DNA of 64,000 bases from an uncultured virus (IMG/VR IMGVR_UViG_3300044805_000534) (Duplodnaviria; Heunggongvirae; Uroviricota; Caudoviricetes), in IMG/VR virus record IMGVR_UViG_3300044805_000534. One strand, given 5' to 3'. Below are positions 11,165 through 20,642 of the stretch, one piece after another. Made by a program: the position numbers and the translations under genes. The notes under the pieces are model-generated. The model was not told where the DNA came from and searched no databases. It saw only the letters and a list, made by a program, of their open reading frames with translations. The number at the start of each line of letters is the position of its first letter. Within the stretch, counting starts at the first letter, position 1.

Positions 11165-14100
11165 TAGTGTTACTAATATTTCAGGTAATGCCGGTTCTGT
11201 TACAAATGGAGTTTATACAAATATTACAAATACAATTGTAAATGGTGATGCTACTGCATTAATTCTATACGGAGCTAGCTCATATAGTGCTGCGGCAGCT
11301 TTACATCTTGGCGGTTGGTCGACTGATACAACATACGCTCGTATTAGAACTTCTAACGGTAATTTACATATAGACACAAGAGGTGGAGCAGGCAATGTTT
11401 ATCAAATGTATTTTAATCATTACTCAAGTGGTGATATGTATTTTGGTAATGGCGGCGGAACCGTTTACATATATGGAGGTAGACTAAAACACTCAGACGG
11501 TACTGCCTATGTTTATAATAGTGGTACTTGGAGTATTAATGTATCGGGTACTGCAGCAAGAGCAACTCGAGCTAATGGTAATTTTTATATAGACGATAAC
11601 TATGGTAATGGTATAGTTGGCCTGTATGCTTCCGATCGATACCAGGGTGTATTTGCAATGGGAGATGCTTACAAAGTATCTGCCGATGGTACTTCTCCCG
11701 GATCTCTTTATGGTATTGCATGGACACATACAAATGTAGGAGGACAATCTAAATCTGGATTAGGACACCAAGCACTATTTATGGCTAATGGCAGTACCCA
11801 AACAGCTATTGGTTATGGTATCTGGACGGTAGGAGTTATCACAGCAACAGGAGGAAATTCAACAAACTGGAATACTGCATATGATAAGAGACCTACTGCA
11901 ATTTCATTTAGCGGCACTGGTACAAAAACCTTAACCTTAACTCAAGGTGATGGTTCAACCTTAACTGCTGCATTTAATGATATTGATACAGACACAAATA
12001 CTGATGGTCAAACCTTAAGCCTTAGTGGAAATACCCTAAGTATTTCAGGCGGAAACTCTGTAACTTTGTCTTCAAGCGGATTATCACAAGCAACTGCAGA
12101 TAATTTATATGTTAATGTAAGCGGAGACACTATGACCGGTGCCTTAACGATTAATAGCCCAAGCCAAGGAGCTGAAGCTTTTGCTGTAAATGGAATTAAC
12201 GGTCGACTATTTACAGTAGTTGATGATCTTTCAGATTCTCTATATAGCGTAAATACCCTTGCAGGTTTACCTGTACTTGAAGTATTTGCAAACAATGTTG
12301 TACAAATTGGTAAGTTTGGAACAAATGCAATCTATGTAGGCCAAGACGGCCGGGTTGGATTTGGAACAACTGATTTTTCTTATACTGCCTCTGATAACTC
12401 TGGTGCAACTGGAGTTCCAACCAATAACCGACTTTATGTAAATGGCTCAATTCAATTATTAGGCAATAACGATGGTATTGTGTTTGGTCGAGGTACCTCA
12501 ACTTACCTTAAAGATGAAGACCTATCCTTTGGCTGGGGCGGCGGCTGGTTTATGACTGACGGTACCTATCTAAGAGTACGCGGAAATAAAATGGTTTATA
12601 GCGGAGGTTCTGCTAGATTTGACTCAAATATTTATGTAGGTAATGAAACCTACTATTTCTATGGAGATGCGCCTAATGCAGGTATACGAACAAATGGCAG
12701 TTTCTTAGTAAATGGCGATATTTACTTTGGAACCAGAGGAACCTGGTTATCTAGTTATCTAAACCAAGCTCTCCTAACTTCATCATCTCCAACCTTTACT
12801 GACTTATACAATAACAGCTGGTTCCGAAATAATTCAAACAATACTGGTCTCTATAATCAGGCAAATGGAAATCACTTTTACTCAAGAGGAGGCTCTATAT
12901 GGGGTATTACAGGTAATGGCGGATCAGTTGTGCACTTACAATTTAGACTTAACCATGAAAGTACTCTTAAAGGATCAGTGTATGGAGATGCTGCAGGGTT
13001 TGGACTATTAGATAGTACAGATAGCTGGAGAGTTAGAGTAGATACTGGAGGAGTTCAAGTTTATGGATCGCTAACCGTGGGTAATAGTACATCATCAGAT
13101 ATCTACATGACTGATACAGATGAAACTACAAGAAGAATACACTGTAATAGTGGAAGAATCGGTTTCTTAACTTCATCTAACAGTTGGGGAGCTTATGCTG
13201 ATAATAGTGGTAACTGGTTTGCAGCTAATTTAAGCGGTACAAACACTGGTGATCAAACAAATATTTCAGGAAACGCTGCAACTGCAACCAATGTTGCATG
13301 GACCGGCGTTACAGGTAGACCAACTGCTCTTTCTCAATTCTCAAATGACTTAGGAAATTACGGAGGATGGGCCGCTTCTTCACATACACATGATGACAGA
13401 TACTATACTGAGACTGAAATTAATAATTTTTCATATTTTAGAGATAACGAAGATCGAACTCTGCGTGTTCTAAGATTTACTGGAGTCGGTGGAGATTCTG
13501 GTAACACAAGTAATCACTCATATGCAATTTATCAAGGTGGAGGAGGCTGGAGTCACCCTTACCCAGATCTACATATAGGATATCACACTGGAATTAAGAT
13601 CGGAGCAAATACTGGATATGGTGGAACTAGATTCTATGATGATTCTACTATGGCAACTGAATTATTTTCAGTCGGCAATGGAGATTCACACGTTAGAGCT
13701 GCTAATAATTTATATGCCGGGGCTCTGTTTGACGCTAGTTCCCGTGTAGCTATTTCAAGAGGAGAAGGTCGAAATTATGTTGATTACTCTAGATACGTTT
13801 ATAATAATGGAGCATATTCAGGAAGTGGTTGGATTGAACCTTCTGATCTTGGTGTAAGATATGCAAATAGCGCAGGTTCCGCGCCAAACGCAAGTAATCA
13901 GAACTCCTTCTATAATGTGACACCAGGCGAAGGTAATGGTTTAAAGCTTTGGTCATCGGATTCTTATAAAATTAGTATGGGTTCATCTTCATTGTATCAG
14001 TATGGACCGGTTAATGATTATTCTATCAAAACACAAATGAATGATGGGGATGCAGGTAGAGGATTTACTTGGGGTAGAATATCTTATGCTCCAATAGCTG

Positions 14101-15095
14101 CAATAAACGCTACATCTGGTAATATGCAGATAGCTGGAACCTTTGCCTCATCAAACTTTAGCGGTTCCCATTCAGGTTCTTCTTCTGGTACAAATACTGG
14201 AGACCAAACAAATATTGGTGGTTATTCAACATATTTAGCTACAGCTTATGCTGGAGGTCAACAAACTAATCCTCAAGTATATTTTAATAATGGTATTGGA
14301 TTAAAAGCTGCTATGACAGGAGCTTGGTCTGTATGGTCAGATACACTTTGGATTAATGGTTATTCTGGTGGTGATGTACTTCAAATGTGTGCTTTACATA
14401 CATTAAGAAATGGTACACCAAGAATGGCAATAAGTGTTCAAGCTTCTACATCTACATCATATGGTACATTTTATGAATTTATTACAGCATACAATATTGC
14501 ATCTCAAACAGTAGGTAATACTAACAGCATATCTAATTCATTAGGTAATGGTCATAGTTGGACAGGACAAAATTATTTTGTATCTAATAGAAATACAAGT
14601 ACAGATTCAGCTCCTTTACAAGCATATTCAAATAATGGTGGTGGTGCAATAATGTCTTTTCATAGAGGGGGATATTATGCTGTAAACTTTGGTTTAGACT
14701 CAGATAATGTAATGCGCATTGGTGGTTGGTCAGCATCTACTAATAGATTGCAAATGGATATGTCTGGTAATCTTACAATGGCTGGAGATGTAACAGCATA
14801 CTCAGATGCCAGAGTTAAAACCAATATACATACAATTGAAAATGCTCTAGCAAAAACCTTAGCACTACGTGGAGTTTCTTATAACCGAACTGATTCTGAT
14901 GATACTCGAACTAAGATTGGAGTTATTGCACAAGAAACGCTAGAAGTTGTTCCAGAAGTTGTAAATCAAGATAACGCTGGAATGTATAATGTTTCTTATG
15001 GTAACATGACTGCACTCTTAATTGAGGCTATTAAAGAGCAACAGGCACAAATAGAAGATCTTAAATTAGAGGTTAAAAAATTAAGAGGCGAATAA
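8373..15095 (+). CDS. Long tail fibre protein 2 with C-terminal intramolecular chaperone (peptidase S74-like)
   Basis: 2240 aa; shares modules with fibre 1; C-terminal AYSDARVK.NI..I..AL...LRGVSY...GVIAQE...VVPEVV...VSYGNM.ALLIEAIKE. Confidence 0.88.
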   Translation: MAQLISGTTIAGHSAIHAGNLAAHSIATTSYVTTQINNLINGAPGALDTLNELAAALGNDASFSSTLTSSLAGKVSKAGDTITGKITFPSAVANRPRFPGGIVGLDVGDGNFDIWGISGDYYPSHATAANAWGLRWNGDNNDFEFVGGGTSRVILDMDGGNLTITGTISASGYNASNWNTAYGWGNHASAGYLTSLPSHNHDGRYLLLSGGTLTGDLLSTHPYYPGYNNAAVGSQGSYYLYGDTGNSGIRTNGNFLANGDIYLGTRGNWLSTYLNQNVRTDSAPSFSSVYLGGSQLTGTKVNGLSNMLGVTTLPYSVDITVDGDPDRFYAVQFWGGDQDVWRRIIIKRGYGEPAPWDPIGTGVHHGGLLLDWEGNFGGWGGAEYADRLRVFNESYTNVCADMFIYSHSMGYVFMLRGGGAVYHLFSDQPINGFYQSGSPDILYSSSTLSYDDAWSGTNQYDVPAPAPLGLAAVNSSRIDGLRTKKQSLLDGRYAAISHSHTFASLTSKPTTISGYGITDAITTGNIGSQSVSNATTAGGLAVHGGRNNEVNKIVRTDANGYIQAGWINTTSGAFSSGINKIYCSDDDYMRYQTPANFISNLGLITTGNIGSQSVTYATNSTRLYASDGSYVYGGAAPYYMYMNYDGGSYWELKVSPGTPAGVRVAYANIAGTSSQVTINYDNNSNSTYQLLWGSGNNVYGTTHVYVNPSTDVIYAKGGYISPGNPWNTADSAFFPNGISTAGADNWIYGHTYIAAAPSGGAGHEYWSDGSEFHRSNVGTASHGQSGKWITLQSATGDFIPYSFESDRGNHSWGIVARYRINTADSDRPSIQFSYGGNDTRWNVGYCSNDDNFRVTQNMGYRNNNSTSDGWGTERFKIDTSGNTYAAIGGTLYANGSAVITSANIGSQTVATAGALSSMNISQFTNNSGYLTSVTNISGNAGSVTNGVYTNITNTIVNGDATALILYGASSYSAAAALHLGGWSTDTTYARIRTSNGNLHIDTRGGAGNVYQMYFNHYSSGDMYFGNGGGTVYIYGGRLKHSDGTAYVYNSGTWSINVSGTAARATRANGNFYIDDNYGNGIVGLYASDRYQGVFAMGDAYKVSADGTSPGSLYGIAWTHTNVGGQSKSGLGHQALFMANGSTQTAIGYGIWTVGVITATGGNSTNWNTAYDKRPTAISFSGTGTKTLTLTQGDGSTLTAAFNDIDTDTNTDGQTLSLSGNTLSISGGNSVTLSSSGLSQATADNLYVNVSGDTMTGALTINSPSQGAEAFAVNGINGRLFTVVDDLSDSLYSVNTLAGLPVLEVFANNVVQIGKFGTNAIYVGQDGRVGFGTTDFSYTASDNSGATGVPTNNRLYVNGSIQLLGNNDGIVFGRGTSTYLKDEDLSFGWGGGWFMTDGTYLRVRGNKMVYSGGSARFDSNIYVGNETYYFYGDAPNAGIRTNGSFLVNGDIYFGTRGTWLSSYLNQALLTSSSPTFTDLYNNSWFRNNSNNTGLYNQANGNHFYSRGGSIWGITGNGGSVVHLQFRLNHESTLKGSVYGDAAGFGLLDSTDSWRVRVDTGGVQVYGSLTVGNSTSSDIYMTDTDETTRRIHCNSGRIGFLTSSNSWGAYADNSGNWFAANLSGTNTGDQTNISGNAATATNVAWTGVTGRPTALSQFSNDLGNYGGWAASSHTHDDRYYTETEINNFSYFRDNEDRTLRVLRFTGVGGDSGNTSNHSYAIYQGGGGWSHPYPDLHIGYHTGIKIGANTGYGGTRFYDDSTMATELFSVGNGDSHVRAANNLYAGALFDASSRVAISRGEGRNYVDYSRYVYNNGAYSGSGWIEPSDLGVRYANSAGSAPNASNQNSFYNVTPGEGNGLKLWSSDSYKISMGSSSLYQYGPVNDYSIKTQMNDGDAGRGFTWGRISYAPIAAINATSGNMQIAGTFASSNFSGSHSGSSSGTNTGDQTNIGGYSTYLATAYAGGQQTNPQVYFNNGIGLKAAMTGAWSVWSDTLWINGYSGGDVLQMCALHTLRNGTPRMAISVQASTSTSYGTFYEFITAYNIASQTVGNTNSISNSLGNGHSWTGQNYFVSNRNTSTDSAPLQAYSNNGGGAIMSFHRGGYYAVNFGLDSDNVMRIGGWSASTNRLQMDMSGNLTMAGDVTAYSDARVKTNIHTIENALAKTLALRGVSYNRTDSDDTRTKIGVIAQETLEVVPEVVNQDNAGMYNVSYGNMTALLIEAIKEQQAQIEDLKLEVKKLRGE

Positions 15096-15096
15096 T

Positions 15097-16413
15097 ATGG
15101 CACTAGGCGCGACTACGGTTTCAATGAGCCAAATCAATACAGAGCTTGGCCGTGCAGCTGGTACAAATATTAGTCTAGACTCAGCTGAGAATGGTAGTTA
15201 TGCTGCGATTAATTCGTGCTCACCAAGCTTTCCTTCTTCAGCTAACCCAGCTTCAATATCTGAGTGGCGTAACTATAATCACACGTTTGCTTGCTGCAAT
15301 GCTCCTAGTATTTCCAGTAATTCAGTTACATCAAGTTCAATTACAATTAATGTTAGCTATTCAAATTGTACAACTATGCACGTTGAATCTAGTGCAAACG
15401 ACGGTTCGACCTGGAGCACAGATTCTGGAGGCTGCTCAGCAACCAGAACTATTAGTGGACTTGCCTCAAGCATGACCTATTTAATAAGAGTGCGAATAAC
15501 CTGTACCTCAACCGGTGGTTATTCGGGTTATTCAAATATTTTAACGATTACGACCAGCGCAGGCTGCCCAGCAAATGGCACCTACTTAAGTCAATTTTGT
15601 TCAGGGTGTACTCTTTATTATCGATATGCAAACGGTAGCTGCGGAACCTATGATGTAAGTCAAGGTTGTACCACTGCATGCGGCGGCTGTTGCTGTTCGC
15701 CAGCAAATGGAACTTATCTAAGCAGTTATTGCTCAGGATTTGATCTTTACTATACTTATTCAAATGGTTGTAATGGAACCTATTCTTCTCTGGCTGAAAG
15801 CAATTCTACAACATGTGGATATCAACCTCCTGCTAATAACTGTTATAATTTCTTTTCAGATGGTAGTGGATATTGGGAAGGTCGAGACTGTTTAGATAAT
15901 CCTGTCTCTGGGTATTCGTGTTGTTATGGAGAACTTGTTTTCTGTGGAATATCTCAATTATATGGAGCATATGCAGATCTTAATCAAATATGTGGAACAT
16001 TCTGCCCTACTCCAGATATGCCAATCTTAATTAATCCTAATACTTGGGTGACCGCTGGAGAGCTTACTATTGGAGATTATGTTTACACTAAACACGAAAC
16101 AACTGGTGAATGGGGATCATACAGGGTGACCGCAGTTAATCCTGGAACTAATATGGTTAGCCGTACTGTAATTGGAGGCCAAGAACTTAAAGTATCAAGT
16201 AATCACAAATTTTTAACCGAAAGTATGGGCTTTATTGCACTATCCGAACTATGGATAGGTGCTAAAGTACAAACAGTAAATGGACTTGCCGAAATTGAAT
16301 CGATTGAATCAATTGGAGAAATGGAAGTAGTTCAAATTGAAGTTGACCAAGCTCACACCTATGTTATCGGTGAAGTTGTATCACATAATAGAAAAATGGG
16401 AGGATTCGAATAA
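15097..16413 (+). CDS. Cys-rich tail-associated protein: FN3-like domain, two Cys repeats and a C-terminal Hint domain
   Basis: TISGL.S.M.Y.IRVR (FN3-like); two PANGTYLS..CSG..LYY.Y.NG repeats; Hint from CPTPDMPI (16003) through ELTIGD, SSNHKF and IEVD.AHTY to SHN (16389). Confidence 0.75.
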   Translation: MALGATTVSMSQINTELGRAAGTNISLDSAENGSYAAINSCSPSFPSSANPASISEWRNYNHTFACCNAPSISSNSVTSSSITINVSYSNCTTMHVESSANDGSTWSTDSGGCSATRTISGLASSMTYLIRVRITCTSTGGYSGYSNILTITTSAGCPANGTYLSQFCSGCTLYYRYANGSCGTYDVSQGCTTACGGCCCSPANGTYLSSYCSGFDLYYTYSNGCNGTYSSLAESNSTTCGYQPPANNCYNFFSDGSGYWEGRDCLDNPVSGYSCCYGELVFCGISQLYGAYADLNQICGTFCPTPDMPILINPNTWVTAGELTIGDYVYTKHETTGEWGSYRVTAVNPGTNMVSRTVIGGQELKVSSNHKFLTESMGFIALSELWIGAKVQTVNGLAEIESIESIGEMEVVQIEVDQAHTYVIGEVVSHNRKMGGFE

Positions 16414-16664
16414 TGCAAAACTTACAAACATATCAAATCGAAGATGCTGTCTATGAATTAGACACATACTACAACATTGGAGCAGTTTCCAGATTTAAAA
16501 TCGTTGGAATAGTTGATGTAAACTCAACTATATTCTTTATTTGTGAACGTGAAAACGGACCAATTCATATTGGTGCCCCAGAGTATGGAATCTATACTCA
16601 TACCTTTATGTACTATGCTCTCTTATTTCACAATAAAGCAAAAAATGCAGCGGCTCAACCTTAA
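16413..16664 (+). CDS. Hypothetical protein
   Basis: 83 aa; TAATG overlap with the upstream gene. Confidence 0.6.
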   Translation: MQNLQTYQIEDAVYELDTYYNIGAVSRFKIVGIVDVNSTIFFICERENGPIHIGAPEYGIYTHTFMYYALLFHNKAKNAAAQP

Positions 16665-16667
16665 TCT

Positions 16668-17345
16668 ATGGCACTACACTATAATCCAAGAATAACTACC
16701 CGAAATTTACTCCTAGCCCTGGATGCAGGTGACGTTAATAGTTACCCTGGATCTGGCGCAATTTGGTCTGATATTAGCGGTAATGGATTCTATGCAGATA
16801 TTTATGGCAGCCCAGTTAATACTACACTAGGCGGTGCAACGTGTTTTAATCTAGATGGGGTCGGCGACAGGTTTGTAATTAGATTTGGTACAGCCCAATA
16901 CATGAATTCACTTACACTAGAGGCTTGGATTTATCCAGCTGCGTCTGAAGTAAGTGGAGGAGATCGCGGTTGTATTTTTCAAGGCTATGCTTATCTAAGT
17001 TGGAATAAAGGAAATCAACAATTAAGTAATTATTGGTATGCAACCACAAACCAAGGATATCACGAACCTGGCGTAACCATGGCCAGACAAGCTTGGCACC
17101 ACCTGGCGTCGGTTTGGGATAGAGGAACCAATACACTAAAACAATATGTAAACGGCACTCTAGTTAATACTGTTGCAACTTATGCAGCGGCTGGTTATAT
17201 CTATAGTGACTGTAATGTTGGATGGGAAGGCGACGGTCGTCAATTTGCTGGCGGAATCTCTGCGATAAGGGTTTATAATAGCGCCTTATCTGGCGAAGAA
17301 GTTTTAGCAAACTATAATGCACAAAAAAATAGACACGGTCGATGA
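16668..17345 (+). CDS. LamG/concanavalin A-like domain protein (short type)
   Basis: LALDAGD.NSYPGSG..W.D; TLEAWIYP; WHHLASVWD; YVNG; IRVYN.ALS.EEV..NY. Confidence 0.85.
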   Translation: MALHYNPRITTRNLLLALDAGDVNSYPGSGAIWSDISGNGFYADIYGSPVNTTLGGATCFNLDGVGDRFVIRFGTAQYMNSLTLEAWIYPAASEVSGGDRGCIFQGYAYLSWNKGNQQLSNYWYATTNQGYHEPGVTMARQAWHHLASVWDRGTNTLKQYVNGTLVNTVATYAAAGYIYSDCNVGWEGDGRQFAGGISAIRVYNSALSGEEVLANYNAQKNRHGR

Positions 17346-17464
17346 AATACGTAGAAACCGGAATTGACTTAGCTGGCACTCCATGCTGGTTTGTTCTAGA
17401 GGGTGCCGACTTAATTGGTATTTACTATTCTGAAGCCGAGGCAAACTCTGCCACACAGCAATAA
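17342..17464 (+). CDS. Small hypothetical protein (40 aa), not in the ORF track
   Basis: MKYVETGIDLAGTPCWFVLEGADLIGIYYSEAEANSATQQ; ATGA overlap upstream and 2 nt before the next ATG, filling the gap. Confidence 0.6.
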   Translation: MKYVETGIDLAGTPCWFVLEGADLIGIYYSEAEANSATQQ

Positions 17465-17466
17465 TT

Positions 17467-18687
17467 ATGTCAATTAAAAGCGGATTAGATTATAACGAAA
17501 GCGGCTTAATTTTTGCGTTTGATACAAATGACAAAAATACGTCATATTTAGGGGCGCCTACTACAAATTTAGCGTATGCGGGAAATCCTTCACTAAATTC
17601 CAACTCAAATTGGTGGACTAACAGTGGATCAACCACATTTAATGATAATGACACATCAATTGCTAAACCCGTAATTGCAAATGTCGATACATCTGGTCTT
17701 AAAGTTTTTAGTTCAACCGTAACTGCAGTTGGGAGTCAGCATATAGGCAGTTCAATTGTTCCAGTAAGCCCAAGTACAATATATAGTTTTTCAATTTATT
17801 TTTATTTTACTGGAACAACCCTTGCATCTGCGCCTTATGTTAGAACTGCAGTTAATAATAATTCGCTTGGCTCATTTGCCTATAATGGATCTACTAATTA
17901 CCTAAATTGGCCCAGACATAAGTGGATTAGACTGTCGGCTACTGTAACAACCCAAGCTAATGAAAATGGCCTCTATATGAGCAGCTATACTGGCGACTTT
18001 GTTGGCGAAAAACTCGCATATTTTGGTTTTCAGCTTGAACAAAAAGGATTTTCAACGCCGCTTGTACTTGGATCAAGAAGCACCACCGGCGGTTTACTTG
18101 ATGTAACTGGCACAGGTCAAATTGATTTAACTAGAGCCGGCTATCTTAGCGATGGCACAATCTATTTAGACGGCACAAATAATTGGTTAACGGTAAGCGG
18201 TATTTCTGCCGCAAATTTATCACAAAATCAAACTCTAGTTGCATGGTTTGAGTGGTATGGCGATACGGGTGCTCCACATAGAACTTTAATTTGCACATCG
18301 CCTGATTATAGAGCTGGCCTTAAGTTAATGAGTTATTATCATGGTGGAATTGCGGCTTGGGTTGCAAACAATAATGGAACTAGTGAATATCTTCTAGGTG
18401 GAGGCGGCACGCCAACTGGTTGGAATATGCTAGCCTGTACACGATCGACCGATGGTATACTTAAACTATATTTAAACGGCTCGCAAGTTGCCAGTGTAAA
18501 TACCGGATTTTATGGCGGAACCTACTTAGGATCTGAGCCAATGATAGGAGGCGAATACCACTCTAAATATCTTGGAGAAATTCCAATGGCTTTGGCATAT
18601 AATCGAGTCCTAGCTCAACCTGAGATATTAGAAATTTATAACAGAACCCGAATCAGATATGAAAATAGAGGATGCTACCTCTGTTAA
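17467..18687 (+). CDS. LamG domain protein with inserted putative carbohydrate-binding module (long type)
   Basis: GLIFAFD...SYLGAPTTN, variable insert ending QLE...TP...RS, then DGTNN...YLNG...YNRVL LamG fold. Confidence 0.8.
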   Translation: MSIKSGLDYNESGLIFAFDTNDKNTSYLGAPTTNLAYAGNPSLNSNSNWWTNSGSTTFNDNDTSIAKPVIANVDTSGLKVFSSTVTAVGSQHIGSSIVPVSPSTIYSFSIYFYFTGTTLASAPYVRTAVNNNSLGSFAYNGSTNYLNWPRHKWIRLSATVTTQANENGLYMSSYTGDFVGEKLAYFGFQLEQKGFSTPLVLGSRSTTGGLLDVTGTGQIDLTRAGYLSDGTIYLDGTNNWLTVSGISAANLSQNQTLVAWFEWYGDTGAPHRTLICTSPDYRAGLKLMSYYHGGIAAWVANNNGTSEYLLGGGGTPTGWNMLACTRSTDGILKLYLNGSQVASVNTGFYGGTYLGSEPMIGGEYHSKYLGEIPMALAYNRVLAQPEILEIYNRTRIRYENRGCYLC

Positions 18688-18700
18688 AATAATTTAAGAT

Positions 18701-20269
18701 ATGCCAAGTCGTAAAGGATATAATGGACAAATTTCAACTGGATTAATATTTGCGTTTGATGTTGCAGATTTTTTTAATAGTTATAAGGGCGAGCCTGCTG
18801 TAAATACTATACCCTCTCCTCAAGTAAACAGTTATCCAACTTTTGGTAACGGTTGGGCCACCTATAATACAAATAAGTATTGTGGAAATAATGGCTGTGC
18901 AGTACATTGGGATATTCCAGCTATATCAAGCGTTTCTGGTAATATTATTACAACGGCTGGTTCCCATGGAATTTATTCGTTTGATGTTATTACTCCTCAA
19001 ACAACAGGGGGTGGGGTAACAGCTGGCGTTAATTACTTTGCTAAGAAAATTTCAAACACTCAATTTAGCTTACATGAATATAATGGCTCACAAGGCGGGG
19101 ATCAAGGTTATATTAATCCTGCAACAAGAGGACACAAAGTACATGATTCATTTTGGTTAGATCAGCGGGTTTCAGTAAATTCTAGCGGGTTTCCGACTAA
19201 GTGGTGGGGTCCTCCACATCTACCCAACTCAGGATTAGTAAAAGAAATTATAGTTGGAGGATTTGATCTTTATCCTTCTCAAAAAACTGATTGCATGCGA
19301 TTACATGCACACCGTCCAGAGAGCGCAGACGGTATGTCATATGGACCAGATGCAGTCGTTGTTCCTGGACAGGTTCATACCTATTCATTTTGGACAAGGG
19401 CACTAAACAAGCAAACCGCTAATGCATATGGTTCGATGCAAAATTATAATTATGGCAGTGTTAGCCCAACGAGTTGGGGTCACGGTTATACACATGGCCC
19501 GCTTGGAGTGTGGACACGACAGTCTTTTCAATTTACCCCAATTAATGAAAATGTAATTTCATATTTTTGGCCAGGCGCACTCGACAAATACGATTTAGCA
19601 AATATTCAGGTTGAAAAAAATACTCATCCAACGCCATTTGTTGCAGGAACTAGAAGCTCAACCCAATCTTTGCTTACTGTTGCTGGATCTGCCATACTTG
19701 ATGTAGCAAACGTTTCATTTGATTCAGCGGGTGCCCTTACCTTTGACGGAACAAATGACTATATACCACTATCAACAAATTTACAATCTGGCTTTACTCG
19801 AGCCACCTATGAATTTATTTGTAAGCCGACTTCTTTACCAAGTTCTTATAATCAGCTTTATATTCAAGAAGCAAGTACTTGGATTGCTCTATACAATTAT
19901 GGAGGTCAAACTTTTTTTGGAATAGACTTACACAATGGATCAAATTGGTTTGATGGAAACGGCGGCCATACTACTGGAGCCAGAACAACCTCTACCATTA
20001 CAGCAAATAGATATTACCATGTAGCATATAGTTGGAATGGCTCAACCGTTAGCGTTTACCTAAATGGAAACCTAGAAGCATCAGTTTCAACTGGTTCAGT
20101 TAATACACTATCTTCTGGTACAACCCATCGTGGTATAGGTTCCAGATACTCAGGTGGTGGGCATAATTGGGCAGGTTTAATCGATGTTGTTAAATTTTAT
20201 AATAGAGCCCTAACTGCGGCTGAGGTATCTCAAAACTTTAAAGCATACAAAAAAAGATTTAATTTATAA
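18701..20269 (+). CDS. LamG domain protein with inserted module (long type)
   Basis: GLIFAFD...NSYKGEP; QVE...TPFVAGTRS; FDGTND; YYHVAYSWNG..VSVYLNG; FYNRALT..EV.QNF. Confidence 0.82.
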   Translation: MPSRKGYNGQISTGLIFAFDVADFFNSYKGEPAVNTIPSPQVNSYPTFGNGWATYNTNKYCGNNGCAVHWDIPAISSVSGNIITTAGSHGIYSFDVITPQTTGGGVTAGVNYFAKKISNTQFSLHEYNGSQGGDQGYINPATRGHKVHDSFWLDQRVSVNSSGFPTKWWGPPHLPNSGLVKEIIVGGFDLYPSQKTDCMRLHAHRPESADGMSYGPDAVVVPGQVHTYSFWTRALNKQTANAYGSMQNYNYGSVSPTSWGHGYTHGPLGVWTRQSFQFTPINENVISYFWPGALDKYDLANIQVEKNTHPTPFVAGTRSSTQSLLTVAGSAILDVANVSFDSAGALTFDGTNDYIPLSTNLQSGFTRATYEFICKPTSLPSSYNQLYIQEASTWIALYNYGGQTFFGIDLHNGSNWFDGNGGHTTGARTTSTITANRYYHVAYSWNGSTVSVYLNGNLEASVSTGSVNTLSSGTTHRGIGSRYSGGGHNWAGLIDVVKFYNRALTAAEVSQNFKAYKKRFNL

Positions 20270-20616
20270 TGCAAACCCCATTTGAAAACAGAAGATGGTT
20301 AATAATTCCATCTGCCCTAGTCGAATCTATCAATTTCGATCAGGTTTTAGAATTTAATCAAGAGTCCCTACGATATTCACTAGATGGAACCAAAACATTT
20401 ATTAAATATGAAATTCAAGTAGTCGAAGAAGATATTGTCACAACAATGTTAAATCCTGAATCTATGGAAGAATCGACTTTTACGACCATAGCCGGAACCT
20501 ATGGCAGGCCTTCGGTTTGGAGTGACTCTTATCCAGAATTAACTCATTCGGAAATCCTTGCTCTTCTTGCAACTGAGGAGTGGTCTTCTCCAATTGAAGC
20601 TAATTGGCCTCAATAA
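20269..20616 (+). CDS. Hypothetical protein associated with the LamG cluster
   Basis: 115 aa; FDQVLE..SLRYSLDGTKTFIKY; TAATG coupled. Confidence 0.7.
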   Translation: MQTPFENRRWLIIPSALVESINFDQVLEFNQESLRYSLDGTKTFIKYEIQVVEEDIVTTMLNPESMEESTFTTIAGTYGRPSVWSDSYPELTHSEILALLATEEWSSPIEANWPQ

Positions 20617-20642
20617 TTTTTTAAGCCAAATAAATATCTTAT

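Noticed and set aside
3343..14215. Short direct repeats as a CRISPR array or DGR template/variable pair
   Set aside because: Repeats are in-frame coding, irregularly spaced, and differ at synonymous rather than adenine-specific positions; no RT or cas genes in the window
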